A DNA stretch of 64,000 bases from Pseudomonadota bacterium (GCA_040752115.1 JBFMFB010000003.1:39266-103265), one strand, 5' to 3'; shown: positions 48,281-57,598, numbered from the stretch's first letter. Notes: generated by a model not told the origin, from the letters alone. Numbers and translations: made by a program.

Positions 48281-49711
48281 ATGGCAATCGAAAAATTAGG
48301 CCGCTATGAAATTACCGCCGAACTCGGCCAGGGCGCCATGGGCGTGGTGTACCAGGCCGCCGATCCTCTCCTGGACCGCACCGTGGCGATCAAGACCATC
48401 AACCTCGACTTGTCCAGGGACGAGCTCGAGGATTTCGAAAGGCGCTTCTACCGGGAGGCAAAATCCGCCGGCCGGCTCAACCATCCCAACATCGTCACCA
48501 TCTACGATGTCGGCAAGGCCGACAACGTCGCCTACATGGCAATGGAATTCCTGCAAGGCGAAGAGCTGCGGGACGTGCTGGATGCGAGCGGCCCCCTGCC
48601 GATCGACAAAATTGCCGACATCGCAACCCAGGTCGCGGAAGGCCTGGCTTTCGCACACGAGCACGGCGTCGTGCATCGCGACATCAAGCCCACCAACATC
48701 ATGATCCTGCGCAACGGGCTCGCCAAGATCACGGATTTCGGCATCGCTTTGATGCCTTCGGCTTCGAGAACGATGGTGGGGATGGTGCTGGGCTCCCCCA
48801 AATACATGTCGCCGGAACAGGTCGTGGGGCAGGAGGTGGATGGCCGCTCGGACATTTTTTCGTTAGGCGTGGTGCTGTACGAGATGCTAGCGGGTGTGCC
48901 GCCCTTCACCGGGGAAAACATCAGCGCCATCATGTATCGCATCCTCAACGAGATGCCGCTTGCGCCGAAAACGATCAACCCGGATATTCCGGAAGCCTTC
49001 AATTACATCGTTGCCAAGGCTCTGGCCAAGCATCCGGGCGACCGCTACCAAACCGCACGAGAAATGGCGCATGATTTGCGAAACTACAAAGCGCTCGAGG
49101 TACCGGATTCCATCTACCCCTCCGGCCCGGCGGGCAAGCTGAGAACGCTGGAAAGGCGGGCAAGACCCAGGCCCATTGAAGAAGAAACGGCTGTCTTGTC
49201 CAGTGGATCCGCCTCTCCGACACTGATTGACATGCTCGAAACGTGCGAGGAAGACGACCGCCCCCAGAACGTTGCAGCGGCAAGCCCCGCCCTGCCGCAA
49301 CCCAGCAAGAAGCGCATCGCGATCATGGCCGTGGCCGCAGCAGCGGGCATATTCCTCGCGGCCTCCCTGCTGTTGCGCAACAAGGGGGACACACCCGCCC
49401 CCGAGGCGGGAAAACCCGCGGTGGCTGCCGGCTCGCCGACATCCGCCGCAAAAACCGCTCCTGCCGAACCTGCGGCAAAGATCGCCAGCTTGCCGCCCGT
49501 GACCGAAGCCTCGCTGGTATTTGCGATCACCCCATGGGGCGAAATATTCGTTGACGGCAAGAGCCACGGCGTTTCACCCCCACTCAAGGATCTCAAGATT
49601 CCGGCGGGGAAACACACCATCGAAGTCAGGAATGCGTCATTTGCCCCCTATTCCGAAACGCTGGACATCAAGCCCGCAACAACGAAAAAGATCAAGCACA
49701 AATTCAAATAG
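48281..49711 (+). CDS. Hanks-type Ser/Thr protein kinase with TM segment and C-terminal PEGA-like domain
   Basis: Start chosen at MAIEKLGRY. GQGAMGVVY, VAIK, HRDIKPTN, DFG and SPEQ motifs. TM IAIMAVAAAAGIFLAASLLL. C-terminal ITPWGEIFVDGK... Confidence 0.92.
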   Translation: MAIEKLGRYEITAELGQGAMGVVYQAADPLLDRTVAIKTINLDLSRDELEDFERRFYREAKSAGRLNHPNIVTIYDVGKADNVAYMAMEFLQGEELRDVLDASGPLPIDKIADIATQVAEGLAFAHEHGVVHRDIKPTNIMILRNGLAKITDFGIALMPSASRTMVGMVLGSPKYMSPEQVVGQEVDGRSDIFSLGVVLYEMLAGVPPFTGENISAIMYRILNEMPLAPKTINPDIPEAFNYIVAKALAKHPGDRYQTAREMAHDLRNYKALEVPDSIYPSGPAGKLRTLERRARPRPIEEETAVLSSGSASPTLIDMLETCEEDDRPQNVAAASPALPQPSKKRIAIMAVAAAAGIFLAASLLLRNKGDTPAPEAGKPAVAAGSPTSAAKTAPAEPAAKIASLPPVTEASLVFAITPWGEIFVDGKSHGVSPPLKDLKIPAGKHTIEVRNASFAPYSETLDIKPATTKKIKHKFK

Positions 49712-49722
49712 GAAGTACCACG

Positions 49723-50244
49723 ATGAACCGCCGTCTTCGCCTGCTGCGCGCACTATTGCCGATGTTGCTGCTGGCCGCGGCCGCCTGCACGCATGCACCG
49801 GCCAAAAAGAGCCCGCCCGAGAAGCCCCAGCCAAAAAAAATGGAAGAAGCACCCGCCAGAAAACCCGAAGAACCCGCTCCAAAAGCGGAGCCGGATGCCG
49901 GCAAGCAGCCGCCTGGCGCTGCGCGCAAGGCGGAACAGGAATTCATCTGGGGCAAGAACAACTACGAAGACGGGGATTACAAAAGCGCTGCCAAGAATTT
50001 TCAGAACGCACTGGATCTGGGGCTAGCCTCGAAGAACGACCAGGCCACGGCGCACAAATACCTGGCCTTCATCAGCTGTACGTCGCAGCAAAAAAAACAG
50101 TGCCGGGCGGAATTCAGGAAGGCGCTGGAGCTGAATCCGAAATTTCAACTGGAAACGGCGGAGGCAGGCCATCCCATCTGGGGGCCGGTATTCCGGGAAG
50201 TCAAGGCGGAAATGGCCAAGACGAAAAAGCCGCAGGCGAAGTAG
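49723..50244 (+). CDS. Probable lipoprotein with Pro/Lys/Glu-rich linker and TPR-like C-terminal domain
   Basis: Signal peptide ending LLAAAAC. Lies 11 nt after the kinase stop. C-terminal AHKYLAFISC...C..EF..ALELNP...GHPIWGPVF. Confidence 0.75.
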   Translation: MNRRLRLLRALLPMLLLAAAACTHAPAKKSPPEKPQPKKMEEAPARKPEEPAPKAEPDAGKQPPGAARKAEQEFIWGKNNYEDGDYKSAAKNFQNALDLGLASKNDQATAHKYLAFISCTSQQKKQCRAEFRKALELNPKFQLETAEAGHPIWGPVFREVKAEMAKTKKPQAK

Positions 50245-50247
50245 CGC

Positions 50248-50976
50248 TTATTTCAGGAAAAATCCCAGGCTTGTTCCTGCCACTTCGATGATGTCGCCAT
50301 CCCTGAGGGGAGCAGGAGGAACGCCAGCCGGTATGCCGTTGACAAGCGGGAGCTCCGTGCCCTCCACAAAGCTGAAGTAATACCCTCCCCCCCGACGGCT
50401 AATGGCGGCAACTTGAACCCCGGGCTTGCCCAGCGTTGTTATCGGCTTTGTCAACTCCAACGATCTTCCGCTTCCCGGACCGATCAGTATCTGGATCGCG
50501 CCGGTCCGGGTGGGTGCGGTTACCGCTTCCGGGACGGGTTTTACCGCCTCCGTGGGGAGCTGGCCGAGCATGGTGGTAAACGGCTGCAGTTCCGTCACAT
50601 CCTGCATCTCGGTCGTTTCCCGCGCGGCCGGAGCCGCCGGCGCGGCGCGAAAATCCCGCACAGTATCGTCGGGCGCGTTTTGCGGCTTTGCTTCCTGCGA
50701 GAACACCAGCACATGCCTCGCGATCCTGATTTCATCCCCGTCCCGCAGCAAGCATTTCTTGACAGGCTTGCGGTTGACCCGGGTGCCGTTGGTACTGTCC
50801 AGGTCTTCCAGAAAAAAATCGTTGCCGATAGCGATGATCGCCGCATGATCGCCGCTCACCGAGGAATCGCTGAGCCGGATGTCGTTGTGCGCCTTGCGGC
50901 CGATGGTAATGCGCTCCCGGTCGAGCAGATATTCCGCCGTTATGCCATTGGCATTGCGTATCAGCACTTTTGACAT
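50248..50976 (-). CDS. Dual FHA-domain protein, copy B
   Basis: Same architecture as 46549..47238: ITIGR...VSGDHA...STNGT, then LGKPGVQVAAISRR...NG...GDIIEV. Confidence 0.85.
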   Translation of the reverse strand: MSKVLIRNANGITAEYLLDRERITIGRKAHNDIRLSDSSVSGDHAAIIAIGNDFFLEDLDSTNGTRVNRKPVKKCLLRDGDEIRIARHVLVFSQEAKPQNAPDDTVRDFRAAPAAPAARETTEMQDVTELQPFTTMLGQLPTEAVKPVPEAVTAPTRTGAIQILIGPGSGRSLELTKPITTLGKPGVQVAAISRRGGGYYFSFVEGTELPLVNGIPAGVPPAPLRDGDIIEVAGTSLGFFLK

Positions 50977-50990
50977 GACCGCCCCTTCGG

Positions 50991-51821
50991 TTAAGTCCGG
51001 CCCCCGGCGACGCCGGCACCCCTCGCCCGGTTGGCCGGAAAAGGTTTGTCGATGCGCGCCAGGGCAACCGAAATATTGTCGTACCCGCCGCTTGCGTTCG
51101 CCTGCTGCACCAGACGCTCGGCCGCCGCCTGCAGATCGCCGGAATGCAGGCTCAAGGTGATGAGGAGTTCGCGCTCGCCCAACATCTCATATAGTCCGTC
51201 CGAGCATAACAGGTACACGTCCCCCGGCAGAACGGGCACCTCCCGGACATCCACCTCCGCCACAGGATCCACCCCCAGCGCACGCGTCAGCAAGCCCCGC
51301 TGAGGGGAATAGCGTGCCTCCTCCGGCGATAGCTCCCCTCTTCCGAGCTGCTCCTGCACCACTGTATGGTCTACCGTCAGTTGAGCAAGATCGCCGGCGC
51401 GCAGCCGATATACGCGCGAATCGCCGATGCTGGCGATTGTTGCCCGGTTGTCGCAAAAATAAACCAGCGCCACGGTGGTGCCCATCCCCTGATACTGCGG
51501 CTGCTGCTGTGCGGCCTCGAATATCTTCTGGTTTGCGCGGCTGACGGCGGTGTATGCCAGCAGGGGAGCGACAGGGCCGGGTGCGCCTTTTGCCGCGCGG
51601 AACGCCTGCATGATGGTGTCGACGGCCAAGGCACTGGCGATCTCGCCCCCCCGGCACCCTCCCATGCCGTCCGCCAACACCAGCAGCCCGGTTTTCTCGT
51701 CCCAGGCGAGACTGTCCTCATTATGCAGGCGAATCTGCCCGGTGTCGGTCGCACCGGCGAACTGCCAGGTATCAGCGGATTTCACGGCTTCGCTTATCGT
51801 TTCTTGAAAACATGGTCGCAT
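50991..51821 (-). CDS. PP2C-family Ser/Thr phosphatase, copy B
   Basis: Start chosen at MRPCFQ, which avoids overlap with radA. TDTGQIRLHNEDS, VLADGMGG and LCSDGL motifs. Confidence 0.88.
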   Translation of the reverse strand: MRPCFQETISEAVKSADTWQFAGATDTGQIRLHNEDSLAWDEKTGLLVLADGMGGCRGGEIASALAVDTIMQAFRAAKGAPGPVAPLLAYTAVSRANQKIFEAAQQQPQYQGMGTTVALVYFCDNRATIASIGDSRVYRLRAGDLAQLTVDHTVVQEQLGRGELSPEEARYSPQRGLLTRALGVDPVAEVDVREVPVLPGDVYLLCSDGLYEMLGERELLITLSLHSGDLQAAAERLVQQANASGGYDNISVALARIDKPFPANRARGAGVAGGRT

Positions 51822-51849
51822 ACCAAGGATCGCCCTCAGGCCGGCCGGA

Positions 51850-53205
51850 TCAGCCGCGGCAAAAAGCCACCGCTTCCTCCAGCCGCTCGACCGCAATCAC
51901 TTCCATGCCGGCCACGCCCGTCTTCGGCTTGTTCGCCCTGGGAATCACCGCCTGGGTAAAACCCAGCTTTGCCGCCTCCTTCAGCCGCTCCTGGCCGCGC
52001 TGCACCGGCCGCACTTCGCCGGCCAACCCGACTTCGCCGAACACCACCAGCTTCTGCGGCAGGGGACGGTTGCGCAGGCTGGAGACGATCGCCAGCAGCA
52101 CTGCCAGATCCGCCGCCGGTTCGGTGATCTTCACCCCGGCCACCGCATTGACGAACACGTCCTGGTCGAAGCAGGCGATCCCGGCGTGACGGTGCAGCAC
52201 CGCCAGCAGCATCGCCAGCCGGTTCTGCTCGACGCCGACCGACAGCCGCCGCGGATTCGGGGCGTGCGCCTCGTCCACCAGCGCCTGGATTTCCACCAGC
52301 AGCGGCCGGCTGCCCTCCTGGGTCACCATCACGCACGACCCGGCCACTTCCTGACCGTGATGCGACAGGAACAGCGCCGACGGGTTGCTCACCTCGCGCA
52401 ATCCCTTGTCGGTCATGGCAAACACGCCCAGTTCGTTGACCGCGCCGAAGCGGTTCTTGAAGGCACGAATGAGGCGGAAACTGGAACTGCTGTCGCCCTC
52501 GAAATACAGCACCGTGTCCACGATGTGCTCCAGCACGCGCGGTCCGGCCAGCGCACCTTCCTTGGTGACGTGCCCGACCAGGATGACGGCCGTCCCGGCC
52601 TGCTTGGCGAAGCGCGTCAGCTGCGCCGCGCACTCGCGCACCTGCGCCACGCTGCCGGGCGCGGACTGCAGCGCTTCGGAATAAACGGTCTGGATCGAAT
52701 CGATCACCGCCACATCGGGCTTTTGCGACGCCAGGGCGGAGAGAATCTTCTCCAGCTGGATTTCCGCAAACAGCTGCACCCCGCTCGCATCCAATGCCAG
52801 ACGGCGCGCCCGCAGCGCGATCTGCTGCGCCGATTCCTCGCCGCTGACGTACAGAACGCGGCGCTGGGCGGCGATATGGCTCAGCGCCTGCAACAACAAA
52901 GTGGATTTGCCGATACCCGGATCGCCGCCGATCAGCACCACGGCGCCGTCCACCAGCCCCCCGCCCAGCACCCGGTCGAATTCCGCGATTCCGGTCGCCT
53001 GCCGCGGCGCCTCCTGCGCCTCCACCTCGCCCAGCGGCTGCAACTTGCTGGTTTCCGCAAGCGCGCTATAGCGGTTTGCGGTCGCGGATTCGGCAACAGC
53101 TTCCACCAGCGTGTTCCACGCCATGCAGTGCGGGCATTGGCCCTGCCACTTGGGCGCCTGCCCGCCGCATTCGGTGCAACTGTAAACGGTTTTGGATTTG
53201 GCCAT
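51850..53205 (-). CDS. radA: DNA repair protein RadA (Sms)
   Basis: Start chosen at MAKSKTVYSCTECG (zinc finger). Walker A GGDPGIGKST. KNRFG motif. Lon-like C-terminal domain. Confidence 0.95.
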   Translation of the reverse strand: MAKSKTVYSCTECGGQAPKWQGQCPHCMAWNTLVEAVAESATANRYSALAETSKLQPLGEVEAQEAPRQATGIAEFDRVLGGGLVDGAVVLIGGDPGIGKSTLLLQALSHIAAQRRVLYVSGEESAQQIALRARRLALDASGVQLFAEIQLEKILSALASQKPDVAVIDSIQTVYSEALQSAPGSVAQVRECAAQLTRFAKQAGTAVILVGHVTKEGALAGPRVLEHIVDTVLYFEGDSSSSFRLIRAFKNRFGAVNELGVFAMTDKGLREVSNPSALFLSHHGQEVAGSCVMVTQEGSRPLLVEIQALVDEAHAPNPRRLSVGVEQNRLAMLLAVLHRHAGIACFDQDVFVNAVAGVKITEPAADLAVLLAIVSSLRNRPLPQKLVVFGEVGLAGEVRPVQRGQERLKEAAKLGFTQAVIPRANKPKTGVAGMEVIAVERLEEAVAFCRG

Positions 53206-53207
53206 GA

Positions 53208-54275
53208 TCAGCTTTCCGCTATCGGCACCCTGGGTGCCAGCGCGCACAGCAGCTCATAACTGATAGTGCCGGCGGCATGCGCCACCTCCTCCACTGGCAT
53301 CCCCTTCCCCCATAATGTGACCGGGCTGCCGATGCCGGCGGCGGGAAGACCGGTGATGTCCACGAACAACATGTCCATCGAAACCCGACCCAGCGTCCGG
53401 GTTCGCGCGCCGTCCACCAGGATCGGCGTTCCGGTCGGCGCGTGGCGTGGGTAGCCGTCGGCATAGCCGCAGGCGACGATGCCAGCGCGTACCGGCGCCT
53501 CCGCCCGGAACGCTCCGCCATAGCCCAGCATTTCGCCCGGAGCGAGATGCTGCACTGCGATGATCTCGCTGGTCAGGGTCATCGCCGGCTCGAGCCCGAA
53601 ATCCGCCGCACTCCGGTTGGCAAAGGGGGAGGCGCCGTACAGCATGATGCCGGGACGCGCCCAATCCGCATGGGTTTCCGGATACCGCAGAATTGCGGCG
53701 GAGTTGGCGAGGCTGACCGGCAACTCAAGCCCGGCAACAGCCTCCCGGAACCGGGAAAGCTGCTCCGCCACCCCCTGCGCCTCGTCGGCGGCGGCGAAAT
53801 GGGTCATCAGAGTAATCTTGCCGACACCCTGACACGAACGCAGCCGCCGCAGCGCGGCGGGGAATGCCTCGGCTGCGAAACCAAGGCGGTTCATGCCGGT
53901 ATTGAGCTTGAGGAATACCTCCACCCTGGACGGCAGACCGGCGCGGACCAGCATGTCGAGCTGCTCGTCGCAATGGATCAGCGTGGCGAGACCATATTCG
54001 GCGATTGCCGGCAATTCGTCCGGGCTGAAAAAACCCTCAAGCAGCAGGATGGTCTGCCGGAAGCCCGCCTCCCGCAGCGCCAGTGCCTCATCCAGGCTTA
54101 GCACCGCAAACCCCTCTGCGTCCCGAAGGGCCTTCGCCGTCCGCAGCATGCCGTGGCCGTAGCCGCTGGCCTTGATCACGGCCATCAGGCGCGAATTCGG
54201 CGCATGGCGGCGCGCCACGCCCAGGTTATGGGTAAGCGCGGAAAGGTTAATACGGGCTTGGATGGGGCGGGACAT
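53208..54275 (-). CDS. alr: Alanine racemase
   Basis: Start chosen at [14 protein letters not shown]-lysine motif [11 protein letters not shown]. An alternative TTG start lies at 54305. Confidence 0.92.
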   Translation of the reverse strand: MSRPIQARINLSALTHNLGVARRHAPNSRLMAVIKASGYGHGMLRTAKALRDAEGFAVLSLDEALALREAGFRQTILLLEGFFSPDELPAIAEYGLATLIHCDEQLDMLVRAGLPSRVEVFLKLNTGMNRLGFAAEAFPAALRRLRSCQGVGKITLMTHFAAADEAQGVAEQLSRFREAVAGLELPVSLANSAAILRYPETHADWARPGIMLYGASPFANRSAADFGLEPAMTLTSEIIAVQHLAPGEMLGYGGAFRAEAPVRAGIVACGYADGYPRHAPTGTPILVDGARTRTLGRVSMDMLFVDITGLPAAGIGSPVTLWGKGMPVEEVAHAAGTISYELLCALAPRVPIAES

Positions 54276-54309
54276 AAATGCAGAGGCTGAGTCCTGAGTT
54301 CGCAATTTC

Positions 54310-54382
54310 GTAGGCTGGGCTGAGCTTGCGAAGCCCAGCGGGCTTAACTTTGCTGGGGTTCACTTTGTTCACCCCAGCCTAC
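54310..54382. repeat. REP-like double-hairpin element (GTAGGCTGGG ... CCCAGCCTAC)
   Basis: Same layout as 4748..4820. Outer inverted repeat GTAGGCTGGG/CCCAGCCTAC. Inner hairpins GCTGGGC..GCCCAGC and GCTGGGGT..ACCCCAGC. Both copies are followed by ATTTC. Confidence 0.65.
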
Positions 54383-54388
54383 ATTTCT

Positions 54389-54601
54389 GCACATGCAGGT
54401 CAGTACTGACCTGCCAAGTTGTCGTTTTAGTTCCGGCATAACCTGCTGCGCAGGTTAGCCTCCACTGAAACTATGCTCATGCCGGTCAGTACTGGCCTGC
54501 CAAATTGTCGTTTTAGTTCCGGCATAACCTGCTGCGCAGGTTAGCCTTCACTGAAATTACGCACATGCAGGTCAGTACTGACCTGCATGTGCGTAATTTT
54601 C
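54389..54601. repeat. 86-bp tandem repeat (about 2.5 copies) carrying two palindromes per unit
   Basis: Units start at 54389, 54475 and 54561. Each has GCAGGTCAGTACTGACCTGC (GCCGGTCAGTACTGGCCTGC in the middle unit) and TAACCTGCTGCGCAGGTTA. The last unit extends to a 46-bp perfect palindrome (54554-54599). Confidence 0.85.
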
Positions 54602-55939
54602 AAACCTCGTGTATTCGCCCAGGAAGGTAAGTTTCACCGTGCCGATCGGGCCGTTGCGCTGTTTGCCGATGATGATTTCGGCGATGCCTTTGTCCGGGGT
54701 GTCCGGGTTGTATACTTCGTCGCGGTAAATGAACAGGATCACGTCGGCGTCCTGTTCGATGGCGCCGGATTCGCGCAGGTCGGACATCACCGGGCGCTTG
54801 TTGGGCCGCTGCTCCAGGCTGCGGTTGAGCTGGGACAAGGCGATCACCGGCACGTCCAGCTCCTTTGCCAGCGCCTTGAGCGAGCGCGAGATTTCCGAGA
54901 TTTCGGTGGCGCGGTTTTCCGATCCGCCGCTGCTGCCGGACATCAGCTGCAGGTAGTCGATCACGATCAGTCCCAGTTTGCCGCACTGGCGGTGCAGCCG
55001 CCGCGCCCGCGCCCGCAGCTCGAGCGCCGTCAGCGCGGCGCTTTCGTCGATGAAGATCGGCGCATCGTTGAGCTTGCCCACCGCGTAGGTCAGCTTCGAC
55101 CAGTCTTCGTCCTGCAAGCGGCCGGTGCGCACCTTGTGCTGGTCCAGCTTGCCGATCGAGCCCATCATCCGCATCGCCAGCTGGGTGCCCGCCATTTCCA
55201 TGCTGAACACCGCCACCGGCAGACCGGTGTCGAGCGCGACGTTTTCGCCAATGTTGAGGGAAAAAGCCGTTTTCCCCATGCTGGGGCGGCCGGCAACGAT
55301 GATCAGGTCGCCCGGCTGCAGCCCCGAGGTTTTCTGGTCGAGGTCGTGGTAGCCAGTGGGAATGCCGGTCACGTCGTTGGGATTGTCGCGCTGGAACAGC
55401 TCGTCGATACGCTCCACCACCTGGGTCAGCAGGGGCTGGATGCCGACGAAACCCTGCTGGCCGCGGGCGCTTGCTTCGGCGATTTCGAACACCTTGGCTT
55501 CAGCTTCGTCGAGCAGCTGGCTGGCATTGCGGCCGGTCGGGTTGTAGGCGCTGTCGGCGATCATCGTGCCGACTTCCGCCAGCTTGCGCATCACGGCGCG
55601 CTCCCGCACGATTTCCGCATAGCGGCGGATGTTCGCGGCAGACGGCGTGTTCTGCGCCAGCGCCCCGAGATATGCCAGCCCCCCGGCGTTAGCCAGCGCT
55701 CCGCCGGTTTCCAGCGCCTCGGACACGGTGATGACATCGGCCGGTTTGTTTTGCTCGAGCAGCTTGCAGATGTGGCGGTAGATCAGGCGGTGATCCTGGC
55801 GATAAAAATCCCCTTCGGCGATCAGATCGGCAATGCGCTCCCAGGCACCGTTCTCCAGCAACAGGCCGCCTAAAACCGACTGTTCGGCCTCGACCGAATG
55901 CGGCGGCAGCTTGATGGAATCGAGTTGTATGTCGTTCAT
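54572..55939 (-). CDS. dnaB: Replicative DNA helicase DnaB
   Basis: Start chosen at MNDIQLDSIKLPPHSVEAEQSVLG. Walker A AGRPSMGKTA. The C-terminus RFENYAHAGQY is encoded inside the palindrome. Confidence 0.95.
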   Translation of the reverse strand: MNDIQLDSIKLPPHSVEAEQSVLGGLLLENGAWERIADLIAEGDFYRQDHRLIYRHICKLLEQNKPADVITVSEALETGGALANAGGLAYLGALAQNTPSAANIRRYAEIVRERAVMRKLAEVGTMIADSAYNPTGRNASQLLDEAEAKVFEIAEASARGQQGFVGIQPLLTQVVERIDELFQRDNPNDVTGIPTGYHDLDQKTSGLQPGDLIIVAGRPSMGKTAFSLNIGENVALDTGLPVAVFSMEMAGTQLAMRMMGSIGKLDQHKVRTGRLQDEDWSKLTYAVGKLNDAPIFIDESAALTALELRARARRLHRQCGKLGLIVIDYLQLMSGSSGGSENRATEISEISRSLKALAKELDVPVIALSQLNRSLEQRPNKRPVMSDLRESGAIEQDADVILFIYRDEVYNPDTPDKGIAEIIIGKQRNGPIGTVKLTFLGEYTRFENYAHAGQY

Positions 55940-56002
55940 GGATACCGCTGTCGGAGTCCGTGGAAAGAGTGAAGTTTCGGCTTTTGCCAGGAATTTGGCA
56001 AC

Positions 56003-56041
56003 CAACAAAAAAGGGCTGGTCACCCGCGGTCACCAGCCCTT
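56003..56041 (-). terminator. Intrinsic terminator after rplI
   Basis: On the minus strand, AAGGGCTGG and CCAGCCCTT form a 9-bp stem with a 13-nt loop, followed by TTTTTTGTTG. It starts 23 nt after the rplI stop. Confidence 0.7.
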
Positions 56042-56064
56042 GCACCGTTCCGCAGTTCGAGCTG

Positions 56065-56517
56065 CTAGGCGGCGGCTCCGAGCACCGAGACGGTGATCGT
56101 CGCGCTCACATCGCTGTGGAGGGCAACGGTAATCGGGTAATCCCCCACCTGCTTGAGCGGCCCGTGCGGAAGCCGCACCTCGGATTTCGCGACGTCGAAC
56201 CCCTGGGCTTTCAGCGCTTCCGAAATATCCGAGGTCGTCACCGAACCGAACAGCCTGCCGTCCACGCCGGCCTTCTGGGTGATCTGCACCATCAAGCCTT
56301 CCAGCTTCTCCGCGCGGGCTTGCGCCTTGGCCAGTATCTCGGCCTGGGCTTTTTCCAGCTCCGCACGACGCGCCTGGAACTCGGCCAAGTTCGCTTCCGT
56401 CGCGCGCTTCGCCTTGCCTTGCGGGATCAGGAAATTACGGCCGTAGCCGTCCCTGACTTTGACGACATCCCCGAGATGGCCCAGGTTCGTCACTTTTTCC
56501 AACAAAATAACTTGCAT
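56065..56517 (-). CDS. rplI: 50S ribosomal protein L9
   Basis: [36 protein letters not shown]. Confidence 0.97.
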   Translation of the reverse strand: MQVILLEKVTNLGHLGDVVKVRDGYGRNFLIPQGKAKRATEANLAEFQARRAELEKAQAEILAKAQARAEKLEGLMVQITQKAGVDGRLFGSVTTSDISEALKAQGFDVAKSEVRLPHGPLKQVGDYPITVALHSDVSATITVSVLGAAA

Positions 56518-56529
56518 TCTGACACTCCT

Positions 56530-56757
56530 TTAGTGCTGATCGGTGTAAGGAAGGAGCGCCAGAAAACGGGCGCGCTTGATCGCGGTGCCGAGCTGGCGCT
56601 GGAAGCGAGCCTTGGTGCCGGTGATGCGCGCCGGAATGATCTTGCCGTTTTCAGAAATGAAATCGCGCAGCAGATCCGTATCCTTGTAATCCACTTCCTT
56701 GATGCCTTCCGCGGTGAAGCGGCAGTATTTCTTACGTCTGAACATTTGACGTGCCAT
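56530..56757 (-). CDS. rpsR: 30S ribosomal protein S18
   Basis: Start chosen at [18 protein letters not shown], as in E. coli S18. AAGAGG upstream. Confidence 0.96.
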   Translation of the reverse strand: MARQMFRRKKYCRFTAEGIKEVDYKDTDLLRDFISENGKIIPARITGTKARFQRQLGTAIKRARFLALLPYTDQH

Positions 56758-56759
56758 GA

Positions 56760-57050
56760 TCAACCTCTTTCATTTAACAATTCGATTAAATTCGCGTGCA
56801 GTACCAGTTGCGTGCTGTTGCGGCTCTTGCGTGCCAGGAACCCTTCCAGCCTGACAGCGTCGCCCACCTTGAAGCGCGCGGCTTTTACGGCATTTTCCGC
56901 CAACGCCATGGCCGCCACTTCGCAGTGGACATCCCGCTCGACGCCAGCCTCAACCTGCCGCGACTCGTGCCCGATTCTAAAACCCAGCAGCGGCACCCCG
57001 GCCGGGGTATGACGCAAGGCGTCCAATGCGGTGATCCGGCCGCTCAGCAC
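56760..57050 (-). CDS. priB: Primosomal replication protein N (PriB)
   Basis: OB-fold single-strand-binding-like protein in the conserved rpsF-priB-rpsR slot. GTG start as in the track. The frame stays open upstream, so the exact start is uncertain. Confidence 0.8.
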   Translation of the reverse strand: MLSGRITALDALRHTPAGVPLLGFRIGHESRQVEAGVERDVHCEVAAMALAENAVKAARFKVGDAVRLEGFLARKSRNSTQLVLHANLIELLNERG

Positions 57051-57057
57051 AAACCGG

Positions 57058-57447
57058 TTAAGCAGCGGCTCCTCCGGCAGATGCCTCGGCGGCGGGAGCT
57101 TCAGCTTGCGACAGCACGGATTTGGACTTCTCTTCCTTCATCATGACCGAAGGCGTGACGACGGCTTCCTTCATGCTCACCACAAGGTGGCGGATCACCG
57201 CATCGTTGAAGCGGAAAGCATGATCCAGCTCATCCAGTGTCTCCTGGTCGCACTCGATGTTCATCAGCACATAGTGCGCTTTATGGATCTTCTGGATCGG
57301 ATAGGCCAGCTGGCGCCGCCCCCAGTCTTCAAGGCGATGCACCCGACCGCCCTTGGAGCTGACAAGGCCGCGATAGCGCTCGATCATGCCCGGAACCTGT
57401 TCGCTTTGATCGGGATGGACAACAAACACGATTTCATAATGTCGCAT
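57058..57447 (-). CDS. rpsF: 30S ribosomal protein S6
   Basis: [18 protein letters not shown]... with an acidic/Ala-rich tail. Confidence 0.96.
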   Translation of the reverse strand: MRHYEIVFVVHPDQSEQVPGMIERYRGLVSSKGGRVHRLEDWGRRQLAYPIQKIHKAHYVLMNIECDQETLDELDHAFRFNDAVIRHLVVSMKEAVVTPSVMMKEEKSKSVLSQAEAPAAEASAGGAAA

Positions 57448-57598
57448 GTATACTCCTTCTGGATTGGCAGCCTTCCGCCATGCGGGAGCGGTAAGGCAAG
57501 GTTGAAATCCGCCATTTTACCAAATTTCCAATAACAATCAAACGCTATGTATCGGCGGTCTGGTTGCTTTCTCTTTATGCCGAGCCTAGAATCCCCCC

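Noticed and set aside
46549-51821. Calling the kinase/phosphatase/FHA/lipoprotein island a type VI secretion regulatory locus
   Set aside because: The component list resembles the PpkA/PppA/Fha/TagQ pathway. However, no T6SS structural gene (tssA-M, hcp, vgrG, clpV) occurs anywhere in the 64 kb. I keep only the generic signalling call and mention the resemblance as a hypothesis.
54389-54601. Possible CRISPR array, given the regularly spaced palindromic repeats
   Set aside because: The 86-bp units are contiguous and nearly identical along their whole length, so there are no unique spacers. Only about 2.5 units are present, and no cas genes lie in the window. This is a tandem repeat, not a CRISPR array.
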